A stretch of 64,000 bases of DNA, taken from NCBI GenBank assembly GCA_963677435.1, contig OY781945.1, positions 1,088,001 to 1,152,000 of the forward strand. The letters are read 5' to 3'. The notes beneath the pieces are model-generated. The model was not told the DNA's origin. It did no database searches and was given only the letters and a program-made list of their open reading frames with translations. A program made the position numbers and the translations under genes. Positions 1-10,522 of the stretch are shown here, piece after piece; positions within the stretch are counted from its first letter, which is position 1, and every line of letters starts with the position of its first letter. This stretch comes from an uncultured Aliarcobacter sp. (GTDB lineage Bacteria > Campylobacterota > Campylobacteria > Campylobacterales > Arcobacteraceae).

Positions 1-380
1 TTTGAGTATTTAATTTAAAATTAAAATATGGGAATTTCAAGAAGCAAGGATGAATACTAATTGAGATAATAAAACTTATTAGAATTATTATCTCAATCAC
101 AACGATTTTTTAAATTCTTAATAAAAATCTGACGGTATAATGAGTTGGTGAATAAAGTTAGGAAAAATTGTTACCAACAATTTTGTTGCACGAGGGCGAA
201 AAAACTTTTTCAAATTTCTCTTATGCTGAAATTCTAATCTTTTTAATATAAAATCAATATTAATATATGAATTCTTTATATTTTATTTTCAATTATAAAT
301 TGCAATTATTTTATAAATATAGTAAAACATAAATAAACTTTAGTTAACATAATCAAAAAGTAATTAGGGGTATATATTAT

Positions 381-3300
381 ATGAGTAAAAAAAATATCTC
401 TAAGAGTAAATTATTGCAGATTGAATTATCGAAAATTATAAATCCACAAAAAGCTGTTTCTAGATTAAAGTTTTATTTTGATAGAACATTAGTTGAAGAA
501 AATTTTAAAAAAATAGCATTTAACAAACGGTATAGTCCTTATATAATTGGAAATCCTTTTCCAAAAGAATATGAATTAGTGGAAAATAATAATTTTATTG
601 CTCAAAGAAGTTTAGATGAGGAATTATGGTGGACTTTACAAGTAATAAATTGTTATAGAGAAGAAATTAATAGTTTTGCAATTTTGTCAAATAAATACTA
701 TAGTTTATTTCATTATGGTTTGTACGATGATGCAAATAATTGTCTTTTAGAAATTGAAAAAGAATTTGGACTTTCAAATTGGCTAATTGAAAATAGGATT
801 ATTCTACTTTCGAAAAAAGATGGTTTAAAAGAACAAAAAGAATATTTATATTATATAAGAGATAAGTTATCTGCAACCACTTCTTTATTAGCATATTATA
901 ATAGTCAAAAAGCAGAGAGTGAAGTATCTTTTGAACAATTTAATAAAAGATTTAAAAAATCTTGGGATGAATATCCAAATATAAGAGATTACTTTTATAT
1001 AAAATGTAATCCATTAAATGAAAAAATAGATAAATTAGAAGATTTTATCTATGGTGATAACAAACTACCCATAATTGATCGATACTTAGGTTTAAAAAAA
1101 GCTTTTTATATTATTTTAACTGATAAAAACAATTATAACTTATCAATTGAAAAAATAAAGAAATATCTTTTTAATTTAAGTAAATTTATTGAAGATGATG
1201 AATTAAAACCATTATTGTATAATTTAAGAATTTATGAGTTTGATGAATTAAATATTAATAATGAAGATTATGTTAAAGCTTTGGATTATTACACTGAAGG
1301 TAATTATAAGTATGCACATAATATTTGTGTAGATTTAATTGATAAAAAATCTAAGTTTTGGGTAAATATTATTGAATTATTAGTTAAATGCGAAATTAGA
1401 GACAATAAAATTAATTTATCTGATAATTTTTTTGCTAATGAAAGTATGATAAAAATAGTTTATTTAAGTTTTAAATCTATTTTGCTTAAAGATAATTTAG
1501 TTGTAAGTTCAGTTAAAAAACTTTTTAAAATAGCATTGGAGTTATCAAGTCATCATATTTCAAATAATATTTTATTATTTACTCATAAAAATCTAAAATT
1601 CTATAAACTTTCTCCAACTGAACATTCAATATTAGAGGCTAAATTAGGAAGTGCTTTATATGACATAAGAAATAGAGATATTTTTGAACAAGATGAAAGA
1701 AAAAAATTAATTGAAGTATTTAGTAAAAACTATACAAATTCAACAACATATCGTTTAATTAATTTAGAAAAAATCGATGTTAATATTCCTAGTTATCGAG
1801 AAAATAAATATAAATTATTGAGTAATAACAACAATCTTATATCAGATGAAGATAAAATATCTATATATCAGGGAATAATAAAAAAAGCTAACATTTTAGA
1901 TAAATTTGATGCAATAATTAATTTATCAAATTTTTTATTTAAATTAAAAAGAATTGAAGAATGTTTAGAATGTGTAGTAGGGGGATATTTTATAAATAAT
2001 AATTTAATCTATAACTTAAATATACAAGATTTAACAGAATATATTACAGAAAATCATCAATTTGATTTTAGCGATAATATATGTACATCAATTTTATATG
2101 ATTTATATAGTAAATATGTTTCATCATCTTTAGATGAAATAAAGGCAATAAGATATGAGATTTTTTTAGAGGCAAATGGTTTCACTAAAGCAAGTGAATT
2201 GATTAGAGAAGTGGATAAATTTGATTCTGAGAAAGTTAATTATTTCTTAGAATTTAATTGTACTATGCAAATAATGGATTCTTCTGAATATTTGTTAAAT
2301 ACAAAAGAAGTAGAAGATGAAAGAATTAATATTTGTCAATTTTTAGTTGAAAGAGGTGTTTCTAATAAAATAAGTTTATTAAAGGAAATTAAAAACATTA
2401 CGGAATCTTTTTTAATATCAAAATTTATTAATGAAATTGAACAAAATAAAATTTATGTAAATATTGAAGGGATTAAAACACAATTATCAAGTTCTTTTAA
2501 AGAGTATTATTTAAGATATAGCAACCTTGTTAATAATGTAGGGGATTTAAGAAGAAGATTAACTTCTCAATATATAATTAATAATACTTATAGTCTTAAT
2601 GAACCTTATCCAGAAAATGATATAACCCCGCTACTAATTAATGCTTTATCAGATACCATAGAATATTTTGTTTATAGTAGTGAATATGGATTAGCTGGTT
2701 TTTTAAGTACTAATATTAGACATGGAAAACTATATAATTTTTTAACTAGTTCATTATTGTCATCAAACTTAATGATAAAAAAAAGTAATTCTTTTTGGCA
2801 AGAACTTTATAAAGAAGATGATAGTGATAGCGTTTTAAAACTAATTAAACTTTTAAATGAGTTTACTTTGAAAATAGATAAGCTTATTAATAATTTTATA
2901 GATAAATATATTCAGATAAAAACAAATGAGCCAAACAAAGAAAATGCTTTATTTGATTATTCATTTAAAAAAGACATTGTAATTCCTCTGTACAATGAAT
3001 TAGAAGAAGAAGCAGCTTTTGAAGATTTTCAAAATAGGTTATTTGATATTTTATGGTTAAAAACAGAAAGAAATTTAGAATCGATTAGAAATAAAATTAC
3101 AAATGAATTGTATATTGAATTTATAAATATATTTAAAGAATTAAATCAAGCTTTAGAAAATTTAAAATTTGATTTAAATTTATCGCTAATTAGAGATTCA
3201 ATAAATAGAGAATCCACAATGATACAAAGAAAAATTGATAACTTAGTATTATGGTTTACTAGGCAAACATCTTTAAATATCCCTGATTTTGAATTTAATT

Positions 3301-3791
3301 TGCCTAATAATATTGTATTGGAAGTAATTAATAACGTACATATGAATCATAATCTTATAACAAAACTAACTATATTAAATGAAGATTTATTTAAGGGTTC
3401 TATGTTAAAAGGTTTTGTAGATATATTATTTATTCTTTATGATAATGCCATAAATAGTTATAAAAAAGAAATAAATAGTAATTTGACAAAAAATTTTTTC
3501 CTAACTTTTGATTCATCAAAGTATAAAGATAATCAATATAAACTTGAAGTAAGTAATTATATTAGTTCTGATACAAATATAGATTTACTTAATCAAAAAC
3601 TTGAAGAAATTAAAGATAATATTAAAAATAAAATGATTGGACATAGAGTAAGCACAGAAGGTGGAACAGGGTTTTATAAAATTGTAAAAATATTAAAGTA
3701 TGATTTAAATTTACCAAATTTATTTATTGATTTTTATGTAAATAAAGAAACTTATAAATTTATGGTTGAGATACACTTTAGGAGGGATTAA
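381..3791 (+). CDS. dtcA: Detocs DtcA-like sensor kinase (long helical/TPR-like N-terminus, C-terminal GHKL ATPase)
   Basis: 1136 aa with no obvious TM helices. Candidate H-box FLSTNIRHG (His781), N-box ILYDNA, G-box STEGGTGFYKI. Followed by a REC gene and a REC-PNP gene. Confidence 0.8.
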   Translation: MSKKNISKSKLLQIELSKIINPQKAVSRLKFYFDRTLVEENFKKIAFNKRYSPYIIGNPFPKEYELVENNNFIAQRSLDEELWWTLQVINCYREEINSFAILSNKYYSLFHYGLYDDANNCLLEIEKEFGLSNWLIENRIILLSKKDGLKEQKEYLYYIRDKLSATTSLLAYYNSQKAESEVSFEQFNKRFKKSWDEYPNIRDYFYIKCNPLNEKIDKLEDFIYGDNKLPIIDRYLGLKKAFYIILTDKNNYNLSIEKIKKYLFNLSKFIEDDELKPLLYNLRIYEFDELNINNEDYVKALDYYTEGNYKYAHNICVDLIDKKSKFWVNIIELLVKCEIRDNKINLSDNFFANESMIKIVYLSFKSILLKDNLVVSSVKKLFKIALELSSHHISNNILLFTHKNLKFYKLSPTEHSILEAKLGSALYDIRNRDIFEQDERKKLIEVFSKNYTNSTTYRLINLEKIDVNIPSYRENKYKLLSNNNNLISDEDKISIYQGIIKKANILDKFDAIINLSNFLFKLKRIEECLECVVGGYFINNNLIYNLNIQDLTEYITENHQFDFSDNICTSILYDLYSKYVSSSLDEIKAIRYEIFLEANGFTKASELIREVDKFDSEKVNYFLEFNCTMQIMDSSEYLLNTKEVEDERINICQFLVERGVSNKISLLKEIKNITESFLISKFINEIEQNKIYVNIEGIKTQLSSSFKEYYLRYSNLVNNVGDLRRRLTSQYIINNTYSLNEPYPENDITPLLINALSDTIEYFVYSSEYGLAGFLSTNIRHGKLYNFLTSSLLSSNLMIKKSNSFWQELYKEDDSDSVLKLIKLLNEFTLKIDKLINNFIDKYIQIKTNEPNKENALFDYSFKKDIVIPLYNELEEEAAFEDFQNRLFDILWLKTERNLESIRNKITNELYIEFINIFKELNQALENLKFDLNLSLIRDSINRESTMIQRKIDNLVLWFTRQTSLNIPDFEFNLPNNIVLEVINNVHMNHNLITKLTILNEDLFKGSMLKGFVDILFILYDNAINSYKKEINSNLTKNFFLTFDSSKYKDNQYKLEVSNYISSDTNIDLLNQKLEEIKDNIKNKMIGHRVSTEGGTGFYKIVKILKYDLNLPNLFIDFYVNKETYKFMVEIHFRRD

Positions 3792-4255
3792 TGAAATGTT
3801 TATTAGTAGAAGATGATAAATATAAAGCAAAAAATATAGAAGATGTATTAAATAAGAATTTTGATATTGAAATTGTCAGGAAAATGTCTTTCAAAACAGC
3901 TCTTATCGAATCATTAAATCCTAGGTATGATTTAATATTATTAGATATGAGTATGTTGACATTTGATATTACATCTGATGAAAAAGGTGGAAGACCTAGA
4001 CATTATGCAGGGAAAGAAATAATCTTAAAAATGCAATATAGAAATATTGATACTCCAGTTATAGTAATTACACAATTTGAAAACTTTGGAGAAGGGAATA
4101 GTCGAATGAATTTAAAAGATCTCACAAAACAATTAGAGAATATAAATTATAAAGGTTATCAAGAAACAATTTTTTATAATATGGTAGGAAGTGACTGGCA
4201 AGAAAAACTTCTTTCAAGAATAAAATTAATTATGGATAAAAGAGGGATAAAGTAG
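3791..4255 (+). CDS. dtcB: Stand-alone response-regulator receiver (Detocs DtcB-like)
   Basis: LLVEDD, LILLDMSM (phosphoacceptor Asp) and VIVITQ motifs; no output domain. Start overlaps the upstream stop (TAATG). Confidence 0.8.
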   Translation: MKCLLVEDDKYKAKNIEDVLNKNFDIEIVRKMSFKTALIESLNPRYDLILLDMSMLTFDITSDEKGGRPRHYAGKEIILKMQYRNIDTPVIVITQFENFGEGNSRMNLKDLTKQLENINYKGYQETIFYNMVGSDWQEKLLSRIKLIMDKRGIK

Positions 4256-5484
4256 TGAGAGTAATTATTATAGATGATGATGATTCAAAAAGAAATGAGA
4301 TAATATCTGCATTATGTATTAGTGGAGTTATAATAAAAAGTGATTTTATTGAATGCAAAAGCATTATGAGTGCGAAAGAAGCTCTCCAAAAAGAAAAATT
4401 TGATGTAATGCTTTTAGATTTAAATTTACCTTTGAGAGATAATGATTCTGAAATTAAAAGTAAAGAAGGATTAAAATTTTTAAAAGAATTTAAGTATCAT
4501 AGAAAATATCATCAACCTAGGGAAATTATTGGTATTACTTCTTATGAAGAAGAATTAAAAGAAGTAAAAGAAGATTTTGAAAATAACTTAATTCATATTA
4601 TTCATTATCATACTGTAAAAGAGGATTGGAAAGAAAAACTGATAGAAAGATTTCAATATTTAGAATCATCAATTAAAGAAAAATACGAATACAATTATGA
4701 TTTAGCAATAATATGTGCGTTAGAAGATCCTGAATTATTAGCAATAAGAAAATTATCTACCAGTTGGACACGTATTTATTTAGAAAATACTAGTATTCCA
4801 TACTATGAAACTTATTTTGAATTTGAGAAAAAAAAGTTAAAAGTAATTATTGTTAGTATTAACAAAATGGGAATGGTTCCTACTGCAGTATTATCAACTC
4901 AAACAATTCAATTTTTTAGACCAAAATATTTAGCAATGACAGGAATTGCAGCAGGAATAGAAAGTTCAGGGGTTAAATTAGGAGATATATTGGTTGTAAA
5001 TCCTAGTTGGGATTCAGGTGCAGGAAAAATAAAAAAAGACATGAATGATGAACCATTATTTGAAATTGACCCCAGACAGGAAACCATAGACAGTGATATA
5101 AACTACAATATTTTAGAACTTTCTAATGATAATGTTTTTTTAAATACACTTAGAGAAAATTGGATAACAAAAATACCAACTGTATTAAATGTTCATATTG
5201 GTCCTGTTGCTTCAGGGGCTGCAGTAATTGCTGATGGAGATATTAGTAAAAAAATACAAAAGCAATGTAGAAAATTAATTGGTATTGAAATGGAAGCATA
5301 TGGACTTATATATGCTGCAAAATATGCTACAAATCCCAAACCTGAACCTATTGTAATAAAATCTATTTGCGATTTTGCAGATGAACATAAAAATAATGAT
5401 TATCAGAGTTATGCTGCATATACAAGTGCTGGTTTTTTGTATGAATTTGCTAAAAGGTATATAAATCCATTATCGAACTTGTAA
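4255..5484 (+). CDS. dtcC: Receiver domain fused to purine nucleoside phosphorylase-like effector (Detocs DtcC-like)
   Basis: N-terminal IIIDDD...MLLDLNLP receiver. C-terminal PNP/MTAN motifs MTGIAAG, GPVASG, IGIEMEAYG, IKSICDFAD. GTG start overlaps the upstream stop (TAGTG). Confidence 0.85.
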   Translation: MRVIIIDDDDSKRNEIISALCISGVIIKSDFIECKSIMSAKEALQKEKFDVMLLDLNLPLRDNDSEIKSKEGLKFLKEFKYHRKYHQPREIIGITSYEEELKEVKEDFENNLIHIIHYHTVKEDWKEKLIERFQYLESSIKEKYEYNYDLAIICALEDPELLAIRKLSTSWTRIYLENTSIPYYETYFEFEKKKLKVIIVSINKMGMVPTAVLSTQTIQFFRPKYLAMTGIAAGIESSGVKLGDILVVNPSWDSGAGKIKKDMNDEPLFEIDPRQETIDSDINYNILELSNDNVFLNTLRENWITKIPTVLNVHIGPVASGAAVIADGDISKKIQKQCRKLIGIEMEAYGLIYAAKYATNPKPEPIVIKSICDFADEHKNNDYQSYAAYTSAGFLYEFAKRYINPLSNL

Positions 5485-5644
5485 AATATAAATGATTTTT
5501 CTAGGAATAATTTAACTTAATATAATCTTAATTATATTCGCAATAAGCTTAAATCTAATGAATTCTATTTTTAGGTGCTTAGAAGTAGATTCTTAGTGGA
5601 ATTATAGATTTAAACTTAAAGCAAATATCATTTCAATGAGTTGT

Positions 5645-5672
5645 AATACCCACAATAAAGTGGGTATTTTTT
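5645..5672. terminator. Probable intrinsic terminator between convergent operons
   Basis: AATACCCAC-aataaa-GTGGGTATT hairpin followed by a T run, between the ends of dtcC and the large recombinase gene. Confidence 0.65.
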
Positions 5673-8583
5673 AATAACTAAGACTGTATACCATGTCAAT
5701 TATATCTTGTGCTGATAAAATAATGAAAATTGTGAAATGAATTTTTTCTATGAAATTTGATAATAAATTTCTTTGTTTTTTATCTGAATAAATTGACATT
5801 AGCCATTCAATTATACTTTTTTCATTTTCTAATACTTTATCGATTTTATCTATCTTATTATTTTTACAAATATTAAAAGCTTTAATTGTTAATAAGGCTA
5901 AACTGTGATGATCTTTTTCGATACCCATTTGAAATGCATTATAGTTTGTTTTTAAATAAGATAATTCAGGTGGAGCAATTTGAGTACCTACAATTTGACT
6001 TGTATTTGAAGGTAATAAATTGTTTTTATATAAATCATTTTCTATTTTATTTATAACTTCAAACCAACCAGATATTTCTTCAAATAATAATTGAATTTGT
6101 TCTCCTTTGCCACTATTCTCATACTTTAAATATTCTTCTTCATTAACTTCTTTTGAAAGTCTATAAAATTGAATTAATTTTAAGTTTGTCTGATGTATAA
6201 CCCCATCTAAAAATATTTTCCCTGTGATGAGATATGGACATAAAGAACATCTATTTTCTCTTCCATCTGGGCACTTTGTACCAGGGCAAATTCCAAATAT
6301 CATTGGTGTCCATGATGATGGGTGTGAAGTTAATGCAATATCAGTACCTTTATCAATCTTTGTTCCTCCAATTGATTCCGAAGAGCTTTTTCTATTTAAT
6401 GAAAATAAATTGTTATCTTCAAACATTTTATTTATGTCATCTGAGTTATTTGTATCATAATTATTAGGTATTTCATTTAATAAGAAATTTTGTAAATTAG
6501 ATACAGTATTTTCACCATCAGTAATAAATATTTTATTTACAGCTGTGGCAAGCAATTCTCGTTTTTCTTCTAACTTTAATTTATTGTAGACATTTAAAAG
6601 CATATCTGGATTTGAATGACCCGTTAGTTTCATTACTAGAGATATTCCTAGCCCAGCTTCTAAATATCTGGTAGCACCAGTGACTCTCAATGAATGAATA
6701 TCATATTCAGCTGCTAATTTTGTAAAAAATCCATCAGTGCATTCATTTAATTCTTTTATACTATTTGGCATCTTAGTTTTTGATGATTTAGTCCAAATTA
6801 TTTTGATTCTATTATCACTATTTTCAGCTTTAAATTTTTCATTTACTTCTAATTGATATTGAACTAACACTTTCTTTAAATAGTTCATATGAGTATGTGC
6901 ATTAATTGGTTTGAAAATTTTTGGAGTAATCATTAAAGGAACAATTTGTTCCCATCTTGAATTGTCATCATCATTGTAATCAATTGCAGGCAAATGAGGA
7001 AAATACTCTTTATGCCAGTTTAAGAAACTAGATAGAATTGATAGCTCTTTCCAAACATTTGGTATTTCCTGTAAATATGTTCTACCTGTATTCTTATCTG
7101 TATTTACAATAATTGTTGATACATTACCATACTCATCAAATTCAAAAGAATTTTTTCTACATAAATTTCTAATTTGTGCACCTCTGATTGGAATTAGTAG
7201 ATGTAATAAAAGCATTATTGGAAAGATTGGATAAACATTTTTATGAGACCACCAATCAATATTAGCTTTAGTTAAATCCCATTTAGTATTTGTTTCTGGG
7301 GGACGATTAATAACAATATCAAGAATATGTCTAAGCATATGTTTTGGCATAGCTTTTCTTGCAGAAATTTTTTTTGTTCTTCTTGTTCTAGGAATATTTT
7401 TTAAAATATAAGGAGAAAGTAATTCTGCAAACTTTAGAAATCTTGCAATTTGAGCTAAAATTGCTCCTGCAGTTGATTTTTGTTCAGTCATTATGTAATT
7501 TAAAATACCATTTTTATTTAAAGGATTGAATATTTCTTCCATTAGCTCAATATCTATTCTTCTATGAGGATGATATGTAATTAAATATTTGAGAAATATT
7601 TTTAAATGATATGAAAAACCTTTTATTGTACCTGCTGTTAATCCATCGTTTTTAAGATACATTAAATAATGATATGTTTTTAACATTATAATTTCAAAGT
7701 TTGGATAAATTTTTATATTAACAACATTTCTTAAGAATCTTGTAGGATCATTTTTATCGATACCAAATGCAATGGATTTTCTATCAAGAGGTGCATCAAT
7801 ATCTTTTCTTCCTTGTAGAATCAACATTCGTCTTAATTCATTTATTATATATAAATAAGAATCTCCTTGTTTAGATTCTTGAATACCGTATTCATTAATA
7901 TATTTCTCAATTGCAGTCAAGTCATTATTTTCAATATTATCAGCATTTTTAATATTTAAAGAAGATAATAAATATATCAATACATTGTTATAATAGTTTT
8001 GGGTAGTAACATTTTTATATTTTTTAAAATCATTATATTGAAGTACAATATTTTTATTAAAAATATAATGTTTATATTGATAATTTCTCGATGCTCCTTC
8101 TTTTGCTTTTGTAATTGGATATAGTAATTTCCCATTAGAATATTGGTATAAAAAGAACCTATCAATCATGGTTCTTAACAGTACTAATTTACCAAGTACA
8201 GAATCACTATTGTAAAATAAATCTATAAGAACATCATAAGATGAAACAGCTATGTATTTATAACTATTCCCAATCTTATTTAATGATATTACATGTAATT
8301 CTTGTTTCAATCCAAATATTTCAGCTATTCTATCTGATGCACCAATAAAATGATTTGAGTGTAATTCATATGATAGTTTAAATTTAACTAATGGATTTTT
8401 TTTATTATTCGATTCATTAGGAATATCATGTTCAATATAAAAATTAATGAATGACAGCCAATCTTCTGCTAAGGTACTATACGCCTCCTTTAATATATAA
8501 AACTTGCCACTTAAATTCACTGTTGGAAGTGAATAACCATATATACAATTGTTATTTACTATATTTTTGTTTATAGTCTCCAT
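5671..8583 (-). CDS. Large (~970 aa) tyrosine recombinase with C-terminal Cys cluster (TnpB/GmtZ-like role)
   Basis: Catalytic set PIRGAQ (R), DKN (K), HSLRV (HxxR), TGH, VYN (Y). Cys cluster CPGTKCPDGRENRCSLCPY. ATG at 8583 follows an AAGGA RBS, so it is preferred to the ORF-track start at 8625. Confidence 0.8.
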   Translation of the reverse strand: METINKNIVNNNCIYGYSLPTVNLSGKFYILKEAYSTLAEDWLSFINFYIEHDIPNESNNKKNPLVKFKLSYELHSNHFIGASDRIAEIFGLKQELHVISLNKIGNSYKYIAVSSYDVLIDLFYNSDSVLGKLVLLRTMIDRFFLYQYSNGKLLYPITKAKEGASRNYQYKHYIFNKNIVLQYNDFKKYKNVTTQNYYNNVLIYLLSSLNIKNADNIENNDLTAIEKYINEYGIQESKQGDSYLYIINELRRMLILQGRKDIDAPLDRKSIAFGIDKNDPTRFLRNVVNIKIYPNFEIIMLKTYHYLMYLKNDGLTAGTIKGFSYHLKIFLKYLITYHPHRRIDIELMEEIFNPLNKNGILNYIMTEQKSTAGAILAQIARFLKFAELLSPYILKNIPRTRRTKKISARKAMPKHMLRHILDIVINRPPETNTKWDLTKANIDWWSHKNVYPIFPIMLLLHLLIPIRGAQIRNLCRKNSFEFDEYGNVSTIIVNTDKNTGRTYLQEIPNVWKELSILSSFLNWHKEYFPHLPAIDYNDDDNSRWEQIVPLMITPKIFKPINAHTHMNYLKKVLVQYQLEVNEKFKAENSDNRIKIIWTKSSKTKMPNSIKELNECTDGFFTKLAAEYDIHSLRVTGATRYLEAGLGISLVMKLTGHSNPDMLLNVYNKLKLEEKRELLATAVNKIFITDGENTVSNLQNFLLNEIPNNYDTNNSDDINKMFEDNNLFSLNRKSSSESIGGTKIDKGTDIALTSHPSSWTPMIFGICPGTKCPDGRENRCSLCPYLITGKIFLDGVIHQTNLKLIQFYRLSKEVNEEEYLKYENSGKGEQIQLLFEEISGWFEVINKIENDLYKNNLLPSNTSQIVGTQIAPPELSYLKTNYNAFQMGIEKDHHSLALLTIKAFNICKNNKIDKIDKVLENEKSIIEWLMSIYSDKKQRNLLSNFIEKIHFTIFIILSAQDIIDMVYSLSY

Positions 8584-9172
8584 ATTTACTTTCCTTTGGA
8601 AAGATCTTTTTAAATAAAGATCCATTTAATATTTTGTTGTTATATACGGAAAGGATTACGTCAAAGGATTTTTCATCTATGTATAGAATTTCTTTATCTA
8701 ATAAAACAGTTAAAATATGTTCTAATGCTAAATATAATTCTTTATCATTAAGGGAATCATTAACAGTTTTCTTTGTATCAATTTTATATTCTGATAAAAG
8801 ATCTTTAAAAACTGAAATTTCTTTATCTTTTTGTAAATTATCAGCTTTTAATTTATAAATTTCAGCTATTAATTCAGGTTCGCTCATTTCTTTTAAAGTT
8901 TTTGAGTTAAAAGAATTTTTGGATTGGTCTTTTGGTAAACAATCATTGTTTTTTTCTTTATCAATTAATTCTTTATAAATTTTATTTTTACAAAGTGCAG
9001 AAATAGATAATCCTTTTTGTGTTTCTGATGATAAATCATAAGTTGTTCTTGATACATTTGATAAAGTAATTTCAATATTAAATTTTTTTAAATGCTCAAT
9101 AGCTTTTTTCACAAATTTAAGATTTTTTTCTACTTTATCTTGTCTATATTGTTCTAAATTATCTTTTTTCAT
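8552..9172 (-). CDS. TnpC/DUF6262-like small DNA-binding and coiled-coil accessory protein
   Basis: N-terminal KAIEHL...ITLSNVSR...GLSISAL...YKELI pattern followed by a coiled coil. Overlaps both neighbouring recombinase genes. Confidence 0.5.
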   Translation of the reverse strand: MKKDNLEQYRQDKVEKNLKFVKKAIEHLKKFNIEITLSNVSRTTYDLSSETQKGLSISALCKNKIYKELIDKEKNNDCLPKDQSKNSFNSKTLKEMSEPELIAEIYKLKADNLQKDKEISVFKDLLSEYKIDTKKTVNDSLNDKELYLALEHILTVLLDKEILYIDEKSFDVILSVYNNKILNGSLFKKIFPKESKYGDYKQKYSK

Positions 9173-10476
9173 AATTTATTTTCTCCATGAAAAATTTGTT
9201 CACTTGCTTCTTTAATTTTTTTTCTTTTTGTATCATCTGTAAAATTAAAATATATTAGAGTTGAATCTATATTATTATGTCCCATAGCTTCTTTTGTTAA
9301 AAAGAGTATTGATTCATCTCCTGTTTTTGCAAATACTTCAGCCATAACTACACCAAACATATGTCGTAAGGAGTGAAATCCTAAATCTGGAATATTATGT
9401 CCTTGAGTATTTAATGTTCTAATTTGTTTTTTGAATATTTCTAATAAACCTCTAGCCATTAATCTTTTACCACTTGAGGTAATAAATACGAATGGATGAG
9501 GCTTTATTCTAAGTTTCTCTTTGATATATTTTGAAGAATTAATATATTCATAAATTGTAGTAAAAAATAGTTTTCTGTACTTTTCACTAATCCAATATAA
9601 TGGCTCTCTTTTGAGAGGAATAGGGTACTTAAATTGTAACCCTAAATTATTATGTTCTTTATCTTGAATTATATTAATTCCATATTTATCAAATAACCAC
9701 TTTTTTCGGTTATTCCCATAAATATCTATGGCTGTGGATGTCGGGTCCAACAGCCATACTTCTTCTTTTTCAAAATCTATATCATATAGTGTTAAGTTTA
9801 GAGCTTGTCCTACACGAGCAGAACAAGATCCCATTAGTAAGTATAAAAGTTTTTCTCTAGGTTTTGAAATGCTTAATAATGCATCAAAACTTTTATGAGG
9901 AAAAGCTTTAATTGTATTTCTACTTGAAGCACTAACTTTATATGGCTTCAAATAGTCTTTTTTCTTTCCAAAGGTTTCTAAATAAGAACTTGATTTTTTA
10001 ATATCAAGTGCAGATAAAAATCCTTTTTTGCTTCTTTGTTGTTCATAGAATATATCTATATAATTTTTGTTTTCAAGTAGGTTAGATTCATCGATAAAGT
10101 TTAAAAAACTTTTGATGCCAGCTAACTCTTTGTTAATTGTTTGTTTTGCTTTTGGTTTTTCATTCCAGATAATTAATTCAATTTCATCATTTAAATAATT
10201 ATCGAAAAGTTTTTCTTTTATGTTATATCCGACTAACAAATCCTCTCTATATCTAGCCAAGTAGAAATGAAATGATTTATCATCAGTTGTTTTGTTGTTA
10301 TAGAGACTCCAAATCCAAAATCTCTCTATTGCTTTTGTGAATTGATAAATGGTTCCAGGTTTACAGTTTCTAATTATAGATAACCATATACTCCACTCAT
10401 AGGATTTAGATAACTTTATTACTTGACTTTCAAAGTTATGAGCGACTGAATAACCATTACCAATTTTAACTATCAT
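9169..10476 (-). CDS. Tyrosine recombinase/integrase (TnpA/GmtY-like role)
   Basis: SARVGQAL (R), HSLRH, MGH, TLIYF (Y). AGAAGGA RBS upstream. Confidence 0.9.
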   Translation of the reverse strand: MIVKIGNGYSVAHNFESQVIKLSKSYEWSIWLSIIRNCKPGTIYQFTKAIERFWIWSLYNNKTTDDKSFHFYLARYREDLLVGYNIKEKLFDNYLNDEIELIIWNEKPKAKQTINKELAGIKSFLNFIDESNLLENKNYIDIFYEQQRSKKGFLSALDIKKSSSYLETFGKKKDYLKPYKVSASSRNTIKAFPHKSFDALLSISKPREKLLYLLMGSCSARVGQALNLTLYDIDFEKEEVWLLDPTSTAIDIYGNNRKKWLFDKYGINIIQDKEHNNLGLQFKYPIPLKREPLYWISEKYRKLFFTTIYEYINSSKYIKEKLRIKPHPFVFITSSGKRLMARGLLEIFKKQIRTLNTQGHNIPDLGFHSLRHMFGVVMAEVFAKTGDESILFLTKEAMGHNNIDSTLIYFNFTDDTKRKKIKEASEQIFHGENKL

Positions 10477-10513
10477 TTGATAGTCCTTCTAGGTAATAAC
10501 TTAACCGTACAAA

Positions 10514-10522
10514 AGTATAACA
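10514..10522 (-). promoter_or_regulatory. Candidate extended -10 promoter of the recombinase operon
   Basis: TGTTATACT on the minus strand, about 40 nt upstream of the integrase start. Confidence 0.4.

Noticed and set aside
6224..8858. Short ORFs at 6224, 6234, 7977 and 8634
   Set aside because: Antisense or off-frame shadows inside the recombinase operon, with no motifs.
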